Of a stretch of 64,000 nucleotides of DNA, positions 53,801 to 63,270 are shown one piece after another. Made by a program: the position numbers and the translations under genes. Below the pieces are notes generated by a model. That model saw only the letters and a list, made by a program, of their open reading frames with translations. It was not told the origin of the DNA and did no database searches. Every line of letters begins with the position of its first letter. Position 1 is the stretch's first letter. Source of the stretch: Callorhinchus milii (Eukaryota); contig NW_024704743.1 in NCBI RefSeq assembly GCF_018977255.1, positions 60,328,001-60,392,000 of the forward strand, read 5' to 3'.

Positions 53801-56800
53801 ACATTAAACCAAATCTTCCACTTTAATCACCTTATCTACTTGTGAGGCTTCATTGCACAACAAACTAAGAATATTTGGTAACCTTTGGAGCCAAGTCTAT
53901 CTCTGGCTAATTTCCTAACTAATGTGTCTTTTAAATATCAGTGCTGTACATAATTTCAAATATGCATGTAATTACCCTCCAGACTGAAAAGACACTTTAC
54001 ATCTTTTTGTTAAAGTACATTGAAAATTAGGCGAATGCTGAAAAAATGTGATGAATTGTTTCTCAATCTCAAAAAACAACATAAATGGTTCTGAAGAAAT
54101 TGTCATTGAGGTTAAGAGAAGACACTGGAAATTGATGAAACATAACCAAAATGTGTATAATAGGCTATGACTTACACTAGTTCCCTTTGGACCGGGGAAG
54201 CCCATCATTCCGCTTGGACCTCTTTGACCAACAGGCCCAGGAGGACCAGTTCGACCTTCTTCGCCAGGTACACCCTAAAAAGTAGTCTCAGAGAATGAAA
54301 CTGCATTCTTCAAAAGTTTGTGTTCAGCAGTCTCCTTTCAACCGTTTTAGTAAAAATGAATGCAAAAATATTCAAGAACAGTAATGCAGCATTCAAGCTA
54401 TATGCAAAATGCTTATAGCTGAATTAATTCAGTTTAATTTACTGTTTTACTCCCATGCATGTTATTGAGAATTGCAAGAATATTTCAGAAATTACTCTGC
54501 ATACATTACTCTTTTGCAAATTTTATATCAGTTTCTATTGTAGCACAAGAAATAATCAGCAAATCTAAAACGTTGCTCTAAAGATAATATCAAATATCCT
54601 GGGGAGTTATAGTAGGGCAACAAAGAATATGAATCAACTAAGACAGATATTCTATGTTCTCCCAGGCTAATGATCCTCAGGTTTCATCCTGGTTGTGGGA
54701 TTTTTTAACAATACTCTGAAGTATTCTAAAAAAAAAGTTTTAGAATTCCAGAGAATATAATATTAAAATGATCTTGATTTGGAATGATTGTAAAACTATT
54801 GGAGTGGAATCTAAATGAACCGGGGCAGTTTAGCTAAGGTGGCTGAGAAGGTAATTGCTTATTAGAACTCGCAAAATCAATGCTCAATTGGGGCATGATA
54901 CAATATTCCAAAACATTATCTGATAGGAATTCACTTTCTAAACATACATCTGCAAAGCTTTTCTTAAACAAGTTCAAGGTAATACTCTTTTTTCTTCAAT
55001 TATTTTGCTGCCAGATCCATACATATATATATCCTTAACACAAATGCTGACACCGACATATAATGTATTCACTAATATTAGACAATAGCAACTGATATAA
55101 TACCATTATTTATTTGATTAATACAACTAATGTTGATGTGCACTCCTGTATATGAGGCACCTTAACAGATAAACAATATTAAAAGAGATTATTTCACGTC
55201 AAATGGTAGTGCAGGTTTATATGACATTGTTACATATAAGTAATAATAAATCTGTCATGTTACTGCATCATAAAATAAGTAAATGTTAAGTGTTACGAAA
55301 GCACACAAAGTGCCACTTCTTGTAGTTATTGTAATGAATGGTAATAAATTATTTGAACTGCTTCCTAATTGTAGAAAACAGTACATATTAAAAGTTAGAA
55401 ATATCAAACAAATCAAGCCTGTTCACTGTATAAGTAAAAGTTCTACGGCATTGAGAATGCATTATCCTCATGCAACTTGCCATGCTCGATTCCAAACCTA
55501 ATCATAGCTTGAAATAAGCTGTCAGGAATGGGGAGCAGAAAACCTCATAAACAACTTACTGAAGCACCTGGTTTGCCTGGAACACCTGAATTGCCATGAC
55601 TACCTACGAGACCCTGGAAAATAGCACATTACTGCAAAGTTAGGAAACTTACTGTGACACCTTCATTTCCCACGACACCCGATCTACCAGGTTGTCCTAT
55701 AAGACCCTAAAGAAGTTACAGAGGAAAAAAAATCTTTCTTTCAATCTCATTTTAACACAGGCAAAGTTTAACATATTTCATAATGAATTCTTGTTGAATT
55801 TGCCAATTCGTTTTCATACAGTCATGTGCACATTGCGGCTTCTTGCACATCAAGGAAAATTGGACAGGTTCGCAGAACAGTGAATTAACTGTCAATTCTA
55901 CAAAAAAAATCTCCAAGGCTAATATTTAAGCAGAGAAAATAATAATAACAATAATTGCCACTTCATAGCAATCCGATCTGTAAAAGTTATTGTTCTAGAC
56001 AGTGCATTGCTCCCTAAAGTGTCCTCAGCAAAGCTGGATGGAAAATCCCCCCAGAGCTGAAAGCTTCATGTTCAGCAATGAGAAACAGAAAGTCAACACC
56101 ATCTGATTTCCCTCAAGGCTCGCTGATAAAAGATAACCAGAAAACACATCAAAGTTAAAATGTTCAAACACTATATATAATATATATTGGAAATAAGAGC
56201 CACTTTCTGTTGTCTGCAATATTAGCAATACAAGGGAAGAACAAATATATTTCACAAAAGTATGTATGATTAATTAAGATCATAAACTACATTTTATAGG
56301 TTTACTTTTAAATAATAATGTATACAGTTTAATGTGTTAAAAAACTGGAAGAAGTTTAAAGTCCCATAAGTAAAATATGATGTAACCCAGCAAACATTTG
56401 CTCCTGTTTTACTCACTCTTATGCCGGAGATACCACTTTCACCAGGACGACCAGGATCTCCAGAGGGTCCCACAAGTCCACGAAGGCCAGATGCACCACG
56501 AGAACCAGGCATTCCCTGAAAACAACCTCAAGTTCATAAGTGAATGGAAAGCAAAATTTACATTAAATACATGAAAACAGACATTTTAACATGCACCAGG
56601 AAATATATCCTAACTATGACAATCAATATATACTATAACTAGATTTTCACTACAAATATGTTATAATTATATGTATCTATATACATATTATGCCTATAGC
56701 TATCTATATATTAGAATTATATCTATATACATTTCAATACATTAGAACTATATGTTACATTATATATGTTACATTCTCAGGCCATTGTTACTCCATCTAT

Positions 56801-59800
56801 GTTTAACAATGAAACATTTACCTTGCCACCAACTCTACCGTCACGGCCAGGGAAACCACGGTTACCAGGAGCACCCTAAAAATTAAATGAATCCACATGA
56901 ATTAAGCATTCAATAAAATGTAAGTGGGTTAAACATTTGGAAAAGTTTACATTTCAAAATATCACAAATATTTCCCCTTACATTAATGCTGCCATTTTAT
57001 TATATGCTGCATTGTATAGGCTGTAGATGAAATGATTGCGTTTGTGTTATCAGCGTCAGGGCTGTCATTAAAATAACCCTAATCTATTACGATTAAAATG
57101 ATTGCAATATTAGGATAGCAGTAACAATAATAATCCTTGTAATTGATAAAGCGTCTTTCACGCCGGCAGGACCCTTCAAAGCTTTTATGAGATTTATTGT
57201 AAAGTGGATTGGATGTGCATTTTGTAGGGGAGCACTTATAAGGATCTTTAAAGAAGTATAGCATCTCCTTCAATCATGTCAAACTAATCAGGAAGACAGA
57301 TCTTCCATTAGGTATTTATAATTAGACAAGAATGATTACATGTCATTAAATGGTCTATAATCATTATTCTAAATTAAAACAACAAATTGATTTTACATAG
57401 TACTTTTCACATCGGGAGGACATCCCAAGGCACTGAAAACACGGTTGAGGTTGGACAGAAATGAACTAACTGGTGATTTTATATGCTAAAAATGTATGGG
57501 TGACAAGACAAGGTTAGTTTTATTGTATTAAATGAGACCTACTCTTTCACCAGAAGGTCCACTCATTCCCCGAGAACCAATTTCACCACGAGGACCGGAC
57601 TTGCCTTCTTCACCAGATGAACCAGGAGCACCTTGCATACCAAAGGGACCCTAGGTTTGGAGCGAATCAAAGTGTTAACAAGTAGAATAGAATGTAGTAT
57701 GAAAGCAAAAATTGAATGCTCAGGAGAAAGAATCACTTACTGAGTCACCCTTGTTACCAGTCTCTCCCTTGACACCAGAAATACCTGGTTCGCCCTGAAA
57801 ACAAAGTTTACAAAAGTGATGTTTCATCACAAACAACTCAAAGCACAACAGAAATGCTATTGTTTTCTTTCTTTTAAAAAAATAATGATTATTCTCTAGG
57901 CTTCTGTCAGAATGTAGAGTTTTACTCACAGTGAGGCCTCGAGGACCTGCTGGACCAATAGCACCTTGTGAGCCTGGAGCTCCCCGTGGACCTGGGAAAC
58001 CTGGAGCACCACCAATGCCTGGAGAACCCTGTGTAGAAAATAAAACACAAGAAAAATGTTCAGCATCACTTGTCAATGCCACACATTGGGAAAGCAAATC
58101 ACATAGAACTGACTAATGTACTTACAGAGGATCCCTTTGCTCCAGCGATACCATTCAAACCAGGATTACCCTAGAGATTACAAATATAAATAATAATATC
58201 ATTTACAATGCTTCCTGATAGATCAAACCATGTTTTTAATCTGATTATTGTATTGTCATTAATACTTACGATAGGACCCATTGGACCAACTGCACCTCCA
58301 GGACCCACCTCACCTCTTGCACCTTGAGGACCAGAGGGACCACGTAACCCTACGAGTCCAGTTTCTCCCTACATTGCATGGAGAAGAAAGAAAATGAGCT
58401 GGTGCACTCAATGTAAGATACTGTCACTTGTGTATTGCACCTATTAATGTTCTGAAAGCTCACTAGTAAATAATAAAGGTTCTGAAACAAAGCTAATTTT
58501 TACTTGCCAACTTCCATTTTGCTCACTGGACCTTCTTCACACTTTACACAATGGGATTTGCTGTTTGCAACTCTCGCAACCTGATATTTACAACTTGAAG
58601 TTACATACAACAAACCAGCTAGGCAAATACCACTTTTTAGACCCAATAATGATCTAGGTTCAGTTTCTTTTGATCATTAATTCTTTTATTTCTGACTGTC
58701 GTTGTCTTGGAGATGGAAACTCTAACCTCAATTCACATTATCTTATACCATTTAGAAAATATACTATTTGTGAATCACTTGAGTGATACAGTATATCTAA
58801 TCGAGAATAGAAAATAAATAACTTACAGGAATTGTATTCAAAACTTTTGATACTAAAATACATCCACCATAACCTACAAGACTGTCCTTAACCAGATTTG
58901 ACTTATGAAGAGCCAAATACAAATATTTTATCACCAGAATGAGAAACCTTTGTGCGATATGACAATAAAAGTTATTTTATTTTTTCATGAATTGTTAAAC
59001 TAGAAAATCTGAAATAATATACAAGCACAATGGCGAGCTATTTTAAGCATTACCTTTAATGTTTGAATGTTATCAATGCTGTGTGTTTATATTAATAGAT
59101 CTAGCTGCACATTCTTTAAATAAAAATGAACTGCAGGGTACCTGAAATTTTCATTGTACATTTATTACATTGGATTGCTGTTGCTTTGATATGTCTTTCA
59201 TTTTGTAACTAAAGGCAGTTCTAAGTATTGAACAATCGAGATTAGATGTGTAGAATGAAAGCAAAACCTCAACTTTCACGAGGGGTAGTGCTGTTCTTGT
59301 GATGAATCTAGTTAACTTGTTCATTAGCGTGTCAGGCTTTATAAAAAAAAGTTAAACGGGTAAAATCACAACAGGTTATTGGTCAACTTTCTAACATAGG
59401 GAAACCTCAATAAACTGCAGTCAACTGGGTCCAATAGCTCTGCAACTATAGACAAAATGCTAAAAAAAGTCTGATCCCTGGGTCATTGCTGACATCACTT
59501 CCTTGATGACTTGACAGTCAGAAGTGCGTCCTATGCACAGTATTCAGGAAGTTATATCAGCACCACTTTCTGTGCAAGTGACCTGACACAATGAAAGTCT
59601 ACTTTTTTTAAATTATGGGATGTCAGCGGGATAATGGTAGGTACAAGTACAATGTATAAACAAGGCAGTCTTCCCTGGATCTGGCATCAAGCAAGTTCTT
59701 CGCTAAATAGCTTTTGCTCTGTTCTTATTGATGCTAAGAATGTTTTGCAGCTCCTATTAGTTTGGCAAACTAATCCTCACATTCATGGAATTATACTTGT

Positions 59801-61477
59801 AGAGATTTAGATAGCTATTATTTAAATATATGCTATCAGTTGCCACAACTTAGTGACAGAATGGTAGCAGTGCTTATTATTTATTGGACTGTTGTTACCT
59901 GGCCCGTTTAAAAAAAATAAACTGATGACTGAGTTAACTAGCTCCTTGCCCATGACCTTTCAATCCTCACTTTTGACCTTGCCACTTCTTATGTGGCAAT
60001 TGATAATAAAAATCCGAACACTCGTTTATTAACTGTCATCTAAGGCTGGAATAAAATTAGCTCATTTAAAGCAGAAATTGTACTGGTGAGATACAGAGAG
60101 AGAGCGGCGCAAATTTAATTCCATTTCTAGTCCTTGGAGAAAAATTCCCCCAGGGTTACAAGCATGCAAGTACCTCCACACCCCACTTGCTTGGTGTTGG
60201 GTGCTAATCTTTAAATAACCTCTGTGCCCACATGTATATATGACAGGTAAAATATTCTAAGACTTACCTTGGGCCCAGGAGATCCTGGGAAGCCAGGAGG
60301 ACCAGCTGTGCCCAAAGGCCCCTGTAAGGGAAACACATGGGAATGTAATCATTTCACCACCACCACCAACGATAATTTACACTTATATAACAACCTTTGT
60401 GCGGAGTAGTGTCTCGGAGTGCTTTCGTTTGTTAGACCTTCATTGCAATTTACTATTCTGGCCCATATTTTATTCAGCATTTATTGGAACTGGCTTTTGT
60501 GCTAGTGCTAACATTGTCCATAGTAAACTGAAAGAAACAATTTGAACCTCTAATGAAATGACCTGCAGTGGTGTTGGAGTGGACCCACACTTCCTCTGAA
60601 CATTATAAGTCAGGTGTCGCTTTCAGCAACAACAAATTGCACGTATCCAGCGTCTTCACATCTGCTTCAGCCAGTGTCCCTGTCTGCCTCATTAGAACAT
60701 TACAAGGTACAGTGACTTTAAAGGAAGCCATGACATATTAACCAAATTGTTGTGCAATGCAATTCACTACTATGAATATTTCTGAGATCCAGAAGCTGCG
60801 TATGCTGTTTTCTATTATGTTGGAGGGAGTCTGAGGAATTTTACTTCTACCTCTAAATAATTACACATTACTCCATTAAGGGTGGATTTTGAAGTAATTT
60901 AACATTAAATATACCAGCAGCATACTTACAGGAGGACCAGTGGATCCAGACATGCCATCACTTCCACGGGGACCCTAAAGGGCCGCACAAACGTATTAAT
61001 AAAGCTATTTCATCTCAGTGTCACGAGGCACATTTGAAGTTATAAAAAGAGTTTTTAACTAATAAATTAATACCGACAATGTATTACTAAACAAACTATT
61101 TTTTCAAAACAAAAATAACAAAATAGGATCACAACGTCTCAAAAAAAACATAAGTGTGTTTATTCATGAATAAAGTCTTTGCATTGTTAATAGACTAAAC
61201 GGATGCATTAGAGAAAGTCTAGGAGACTTGGAACGTACGTCTGGACCAGCACCTCCAACACGCCCTCGCTCACCAGAAAGACCACGGGCACCCTGTTAGC
61301 ATGAGAAAAAGGAGATATTACTATAATCATTTATGACTGTACACTGCACCATAGCACAGGCTTAAATTTAAGGCTTGCACAATCTGTATAATTCAAAATA
61401 CTATCCATTCAGTTAAAGTGGAGAACACATACCACAATTCCAGGACTACCATTGGAGCCTGGGGAGCCGGTTTCACC
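35703..61477 (-). CDS. COL1A2: Collagen type I alpha-2 chain, partial gene (exons 13-52; 5' exons outside window)
   Basis: GT-AG exons of 45/54/99/108/162 bp, all starting with a Gly codon, in the canonical fibrillar collagen order. Exons 33 and 34 are unfused, the C-telopeptide lacks Lys, the C-propeptide has [11 protein letters not shown] (Cys2 replaced by Ser) and ends GPVCFK*. All are alpha2(I) hallmarks. Adjacent to CASD1 as in other vertebrates. Confidence 0.97.
36745..36987 (-). CDS. COL1A2: COL1A2 exon 51 (243 bp; C-propeptide)
   Basis: [43 protein letters not shown]...LEDGCT. Confidence 0.95.
37302..37492 (-). CDS. COL1A2: COL1A2 exon 50 (191 bp; C-propeptide)
   Basis: [28 protein letters not shown]...[15 protein letters not shown]. 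Confidence 0.95.
38303..38552 (-). CDS. COL1A2: COL1A2 exon 49 (250 bp; helix end, C-telopeptide, start of C-propeptide)
   Basis: [32 protein letters not shown]...[22 protein letters not shown]1-type A|D site. Confidence 0.95.
39694..39801 (-). CDS. COL1A2: COL1A2 exon 48 (108 bp)
   Basis: [36 protein letters not shown]. Confidence 0.93.
39890..39943 (-). CDS. COL1A2: COL1A2 exon 47 (54 bp)
   Basis: [18 protein letters not shown]. Confidence 0.93.
40035..40142 (-). CDS. COL1A2: COL1A2 exon 46 (108 bp)
   Basis: [36 protein letters not shown]; donor GTTAGT. Confidence 0.92.
40514..40567 (-). CDS. COL1A2: COL1A2 exon 45 (54 bp)
   Basis: [18 protein letters not shown]. Confidence 0.93.
40685..40792 (-). 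CDS. COL1A2: COL1A2 exon 44 (108 bp)
   Basis: [36 protein letters not shown]. Confidence 0.93.
40901..40954 (-). CDS. COL1A2: COL1A2 exon 43 (54 bp)
   Basis: [18 protein letters not shown]; donor GTGTGT. Confidence 0.92.
41098..41205 (-). CDS. COL1A2: COL1A2 exon 42 (108 bp)
   Basis: [36 protein letters not shown]. Confidence 0.93.
41908..42015 (-). CDS. COL1A2: COL1A2 exon 41 (108 bp; collagenase-site exon)
   Basis: [36 protein letters not shown]. Confidence 0.93.
42116..42277 (-). CDS. COL1A2: COL1A2 exon 40 (162 bp)
   Basis: [54 protein letters not shown]. Confidence 0.93.
43575..44110 (-). mobile_element. Old L2-type 3' fragment in COL1A2 intron 39
   Basis: L2-type terminus TTGCATTTATACAGCAC and purine-rich degenerate body. 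Confidence 0.55.
44220..44273 (-). CDS. COL1A2: COL1A2 exon 39 (54 bp)
   Basis: [18 protein letters not shown]. Confidence 0.93.
44365..44418 (-). CDS. COL1A2: COL1A2 exon 38 (54 bp)
   Basis: [18 protein letters not shown]. Confidence 0.93.
44885..45515 (-). mobile_element. L2-clade LINE 3' fragment in COL1A2 intron 37
   Basis: [20 protein letters not shown]; similar to 25930-26470. Confidence 0.85.
45898..46005 (-). CDS. COL1A2: COL1A2 exon 37 (108 bp)
   Basis: [36 protein letters not shown]. Confidence 0.93.
46130..46183 (-). CDS. COL1A2: COL1A2 exon 36 (54 bp)
   Basis: [18 protein letters not shown]. Confidence 0.93.
46484..46537 (-). CDS. COL1A2: COL1A2 exon 35 (54 bp)
   Basis: [18 protein letters not shown]. 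Confidence 0.93.
47618..47671 (-). CDS. COL1A2: COL1A2 exon 34 (54 bp)
   Basis: [18 protein letters not shown]. Confidence 0.93.
47783..47836 (-). CDS. COL1A2: COL1A2 exon 33 (54 bp)
   Basis: [18 protein letters not shown]. Confidence 0.93.
48663..48770 (-). CDS. COL1A2: COL1A2 exon 32 (108 bp)
   Basis: [36 protein letters not shown]. Confidence 0.93.
49197..49295 (-). CDS. COL1A2: COL1A2 exon 31 (99 bp)
   Basis: [33 protein letters not shown]. Confidence 0.93.
49390..49434 (-). CDS. COL1A2: COL1A2 exon 30 (45 bp)
   Basis: [15 protein letters not shown]. Confidence 0.93.
49705..50010 (-). mobile_element. L2-type 3' tail fragment
   Basis: [17 protein letters not shown]...[14 protein letters not shown], the L2 ORF2 C-terminus. 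Confidence 0.8.
50455..50508 (-). CDS. COL1A2: COL1A2 exon 29 (54 bp)
   Basis: [18 protein letters not shown]. Confidence 0.93.
51403..51456 (-). CDS. COL1A2: COL1A2 exon 28 (54 bp)
   Basis: [18 protein letters not shown]. Confidence 0.93.
51549..51727. mobile_element. hAT/Charlie-type non-autonomous element in COL1A2 intron 27
   Basis: CAGTGGTGGCAACCTGTGGCCCGCGGGCC ... AGGTTGGTCACCATTG termini. Confidence 0.7.
52315..52368 (-). CDS. COL1A2: COL1A2 exon 27 (54 bp)
   Basis: [18 protein letters not shown]. Confidence 0.93.
52610..52610. other. Ambiguous base or assembly join in COL1A2 intron 26
   Basis: Single n after a T run, followed by an abrupt composition change. Confidence 0.9.
53556..53609 (-). 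CDS. COL1A2: COL1A2 exon 26 (54 bp)
   Basis: [18 protein letters not shown]. Confidence 0.93.
54176..54274 (-). CDS. COL1A2: COL1A2 exon 25 (99 bp)
   Basis: [33 protein letters not shown]. Confidence 0.93.
55560..55613 (-). CDS. COL1A2: COL1A2 exon 24b (54 bp; downstream copy of duplicated exon 24)
   Basis: Acceptor ...gctattttccag, donor [24 protein letters not shown], six intact Gly-X-Y triplets. Confidence 0.85.
55653..55706 (-). CDS. COL1A2: COL1A2 exon 24a (54 bp; upstream copy of duplicated exon 24)
   Basis: Acceptor ...ttttttttcctctgtaacttctttag, donor [24 protein letters not shown], six intact Gly-X-Y triplets. Confidence 0.85.
56417..56515 (-). CDS. COL1A2: COL1A2 exon 23 (99 bp)
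   Basis: [33 protein letters not shown]. Confidence 0.93.
56822..56875 (-). CDS. COL1A2: COL1A2 exon 22 (54 bp)
   Basis: [18 protein letters not shown]. Confidence 0.93.
57543..57650 (-). CDS. COL1A2: COL1A2 exon 21 (108 bp)
   Basis: [36 protein letters not shown]. Confidence 0.93.
57741..57794 (-). CDS. COL1A2: COL1A2 exon 20 (54 bp)
   Basis: [18 protein letters not shown]. Confidence 0.93.
57930..58028 (-). CDS. COL1A2: COL1A2 exon 19 (99 bp)
   Basis: [33 protein letters not shown]. Confidence 0.93.
58126..58170 (-). CDS. COL1A2: COL1A2 exon 18 (45 bp)
   Basis: [15 protein letters not shown]. Confidence 0.93.
58270..58368 (-). CDS. COL1A2: COL1A2 exon 17 (99 bp)
   Basis: [33 protein letters not shown]. 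Confidence 0.93.
60268..60321 (-). CDS. COL1A2: COL1A2 exon 16 (54 bp)
   Basis: [18 protein letters not shown]. Confidence 0.93.
60930..60974 (-). CDS. COL1A2: COL1A2 exon 15 (45 bp)
   Basis: [15 protein letters not shown]. Confidence 0.93.
61239..61292 (-). CDS. COL1A2: COL1A2 exon 14 (54 bp)
   Basis: [18 protein letters not shown]. Confidence 0.93.
61433..61477 (-). CDS. COL1A2: COL1A2 exon 13 (45 bp)
   Basis: AG/GT bounded; [15 protein letters not shown]. Confidence 0.93.
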
Positions 61478-63032
61478 CTGGAAAGAAAATCAAACTAATA
61501 TTTAATCATTTGTACACACTCATGCTTGTCTGGGTTGTTTTCTGAAATTAATGTAAGGAACATAGGAAGATATTTGTAACAATTAAATCTCCCTGACCTC
61601 AATCTGATACAAGAGACCCTATTAATGAATTTGTGCAACAGTGGGTATAACATCCATTGTACCAAGATGTAACATAATCTGTCCACTGCCTTATCAACAG
61701 GCGAGGTAATCTTATCCTATGGGTGTGATTAATAATTAAACTCAGCAACATTACAACTAAAGCTCCTGAACAATTGCAGTGAATCCCAAAAGGCACACTC
61801 TAAGGTAGATTTGCATGTGAAATGAATTACCCCATGGAATTCAATGGAATACCACAAAGCTATTAGTGCATCATTGCTGGTGTTTTCTCGTGTATTGTGT
61901 CATTATACAAGATTTTTAAAAGCGTGACACAGCACAGACAATGCACAATCATGACATGCCATAGTCTACATTTCTACATCAATGGAACATGTCTTGTAGT
62001 TTATCTGGAAGAATTGGTTGACATTACAATCAATTACAATCAACATGACATTACAATTGGTTTCATTTGGTTGTCAACCTCGATCAAAAAAAACTCTTCC
62101 TGATAACAATTTGCAAAGCAAATTTGTAGGTTTGTAGTGTTGAAATCAGAGATTCCAAATGCAGGCTGGTTGTGGGTGCAAAATAAATGATGGGACAATT
62201 GCAGAGTACGGAATGCTTTGCATATCTTGTATGGGTAACAGAAAATCAATTTAAAAAAGCATTAAAAGCAAAACGGTGGCAACCTGTCATCAACTCCTGA
62301 ACAAGAAGTCAATTGTACAGTTATAAATTGTCTTCAATCTTCTGAGGCTCCAGCATTAGGCATTTACAATTCAGAATTCATTCAGAAAGAATATGGGAGT
62401 GGTGAGCCTGATGGGACAGTTTGATTTATGCCAGGTGACAAGTGACATGTGACATGGTGAGTCACTGTGGGGAAGCACTAAACAGAGGTTGATCATTTTT
62501 CCACTCATGGGAGGGGAAGAAAATTGTATCTAAATGAAAGCCTTGCAGTAGGTCAATCATCCGACTTAGTGCAGAGCCAACCTATTGACTATAAGTGATG
62601 GATCACAGGATAAGCAGGGCTCAAAGGAATAGTTTATAACAGAGCAGATCCCACTCTTGTCAATAAAATTAATGCAAAATGCAGTGTTCCCGTGATTTCC
62701 TTTTTGACAATAATTTAATGAAGAGTCCTCTCTTCACAAGGTCAGATGTAAAAATCATTACAAATATCAAATCAAGTTGTGTGCCAAAGGCTTTGATATT
62801 GCTCAACTGTCTGTGGGAAGCTGTATCACAATGTGGAGGGTTTGGCAAACTGGCTATTGCTACAAAATCTATTCCCTACGTAACCCTGATAAGAACAAAA
62901 GTTATGCTGTCAAGATGTATTTACACCAGAAACTGGGCATTTATGTTGCTTTCTAATGTTGAGTGCACTATAACTGACACAAATGTACATGAACAATCAG
63001 CATGCCAAGAGCATGTGACATATCTAATACTT

Positions 63033-63270
63033 ATAATAATAATCCTTACATTTGATATAGTGCTTTATCACACAGTTGAAATGTCTCAAAGCGCTTCACA
63101 GAATATACTGTAAAGTGAAATGACTGTGTATTTTTGTGGGTCATATGTAGAAGCCAATTGTACACAGCAGTGTTCCACAGACAGTCGTAAATTGAGTGAC
63201 CAAATTATTACCCCTGGAGAACGATCCACCAAACAACTGGGTTCCAACTTACTGCTAAGTAAACTTGCCA
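63033..63270 (-). mobile_element. 5'-truncated SINE of the long subfamily
   Basis: Tail and central segment shared with 15056-15416. Confidence 0.8.

Noticed and set aside
55560..55706. Exon 24 duplicate as an assembly artefact, or a single 147-bp exon
   Set aside because: The copies are only about 59% identical with distinct acceptor regions, and read-through of the spacer hits TAA and breaks the Gly-X-Y pattern.
35703..61477. Assignment as COL1A1, COL2A1 or COL3A1
   Set aside because: Ser in place of C-propeptide Cys2, Lys-free C-telopeptide, VCFK end, separate exons 33/34 and CASD1 synteny all indicate COL1A2.
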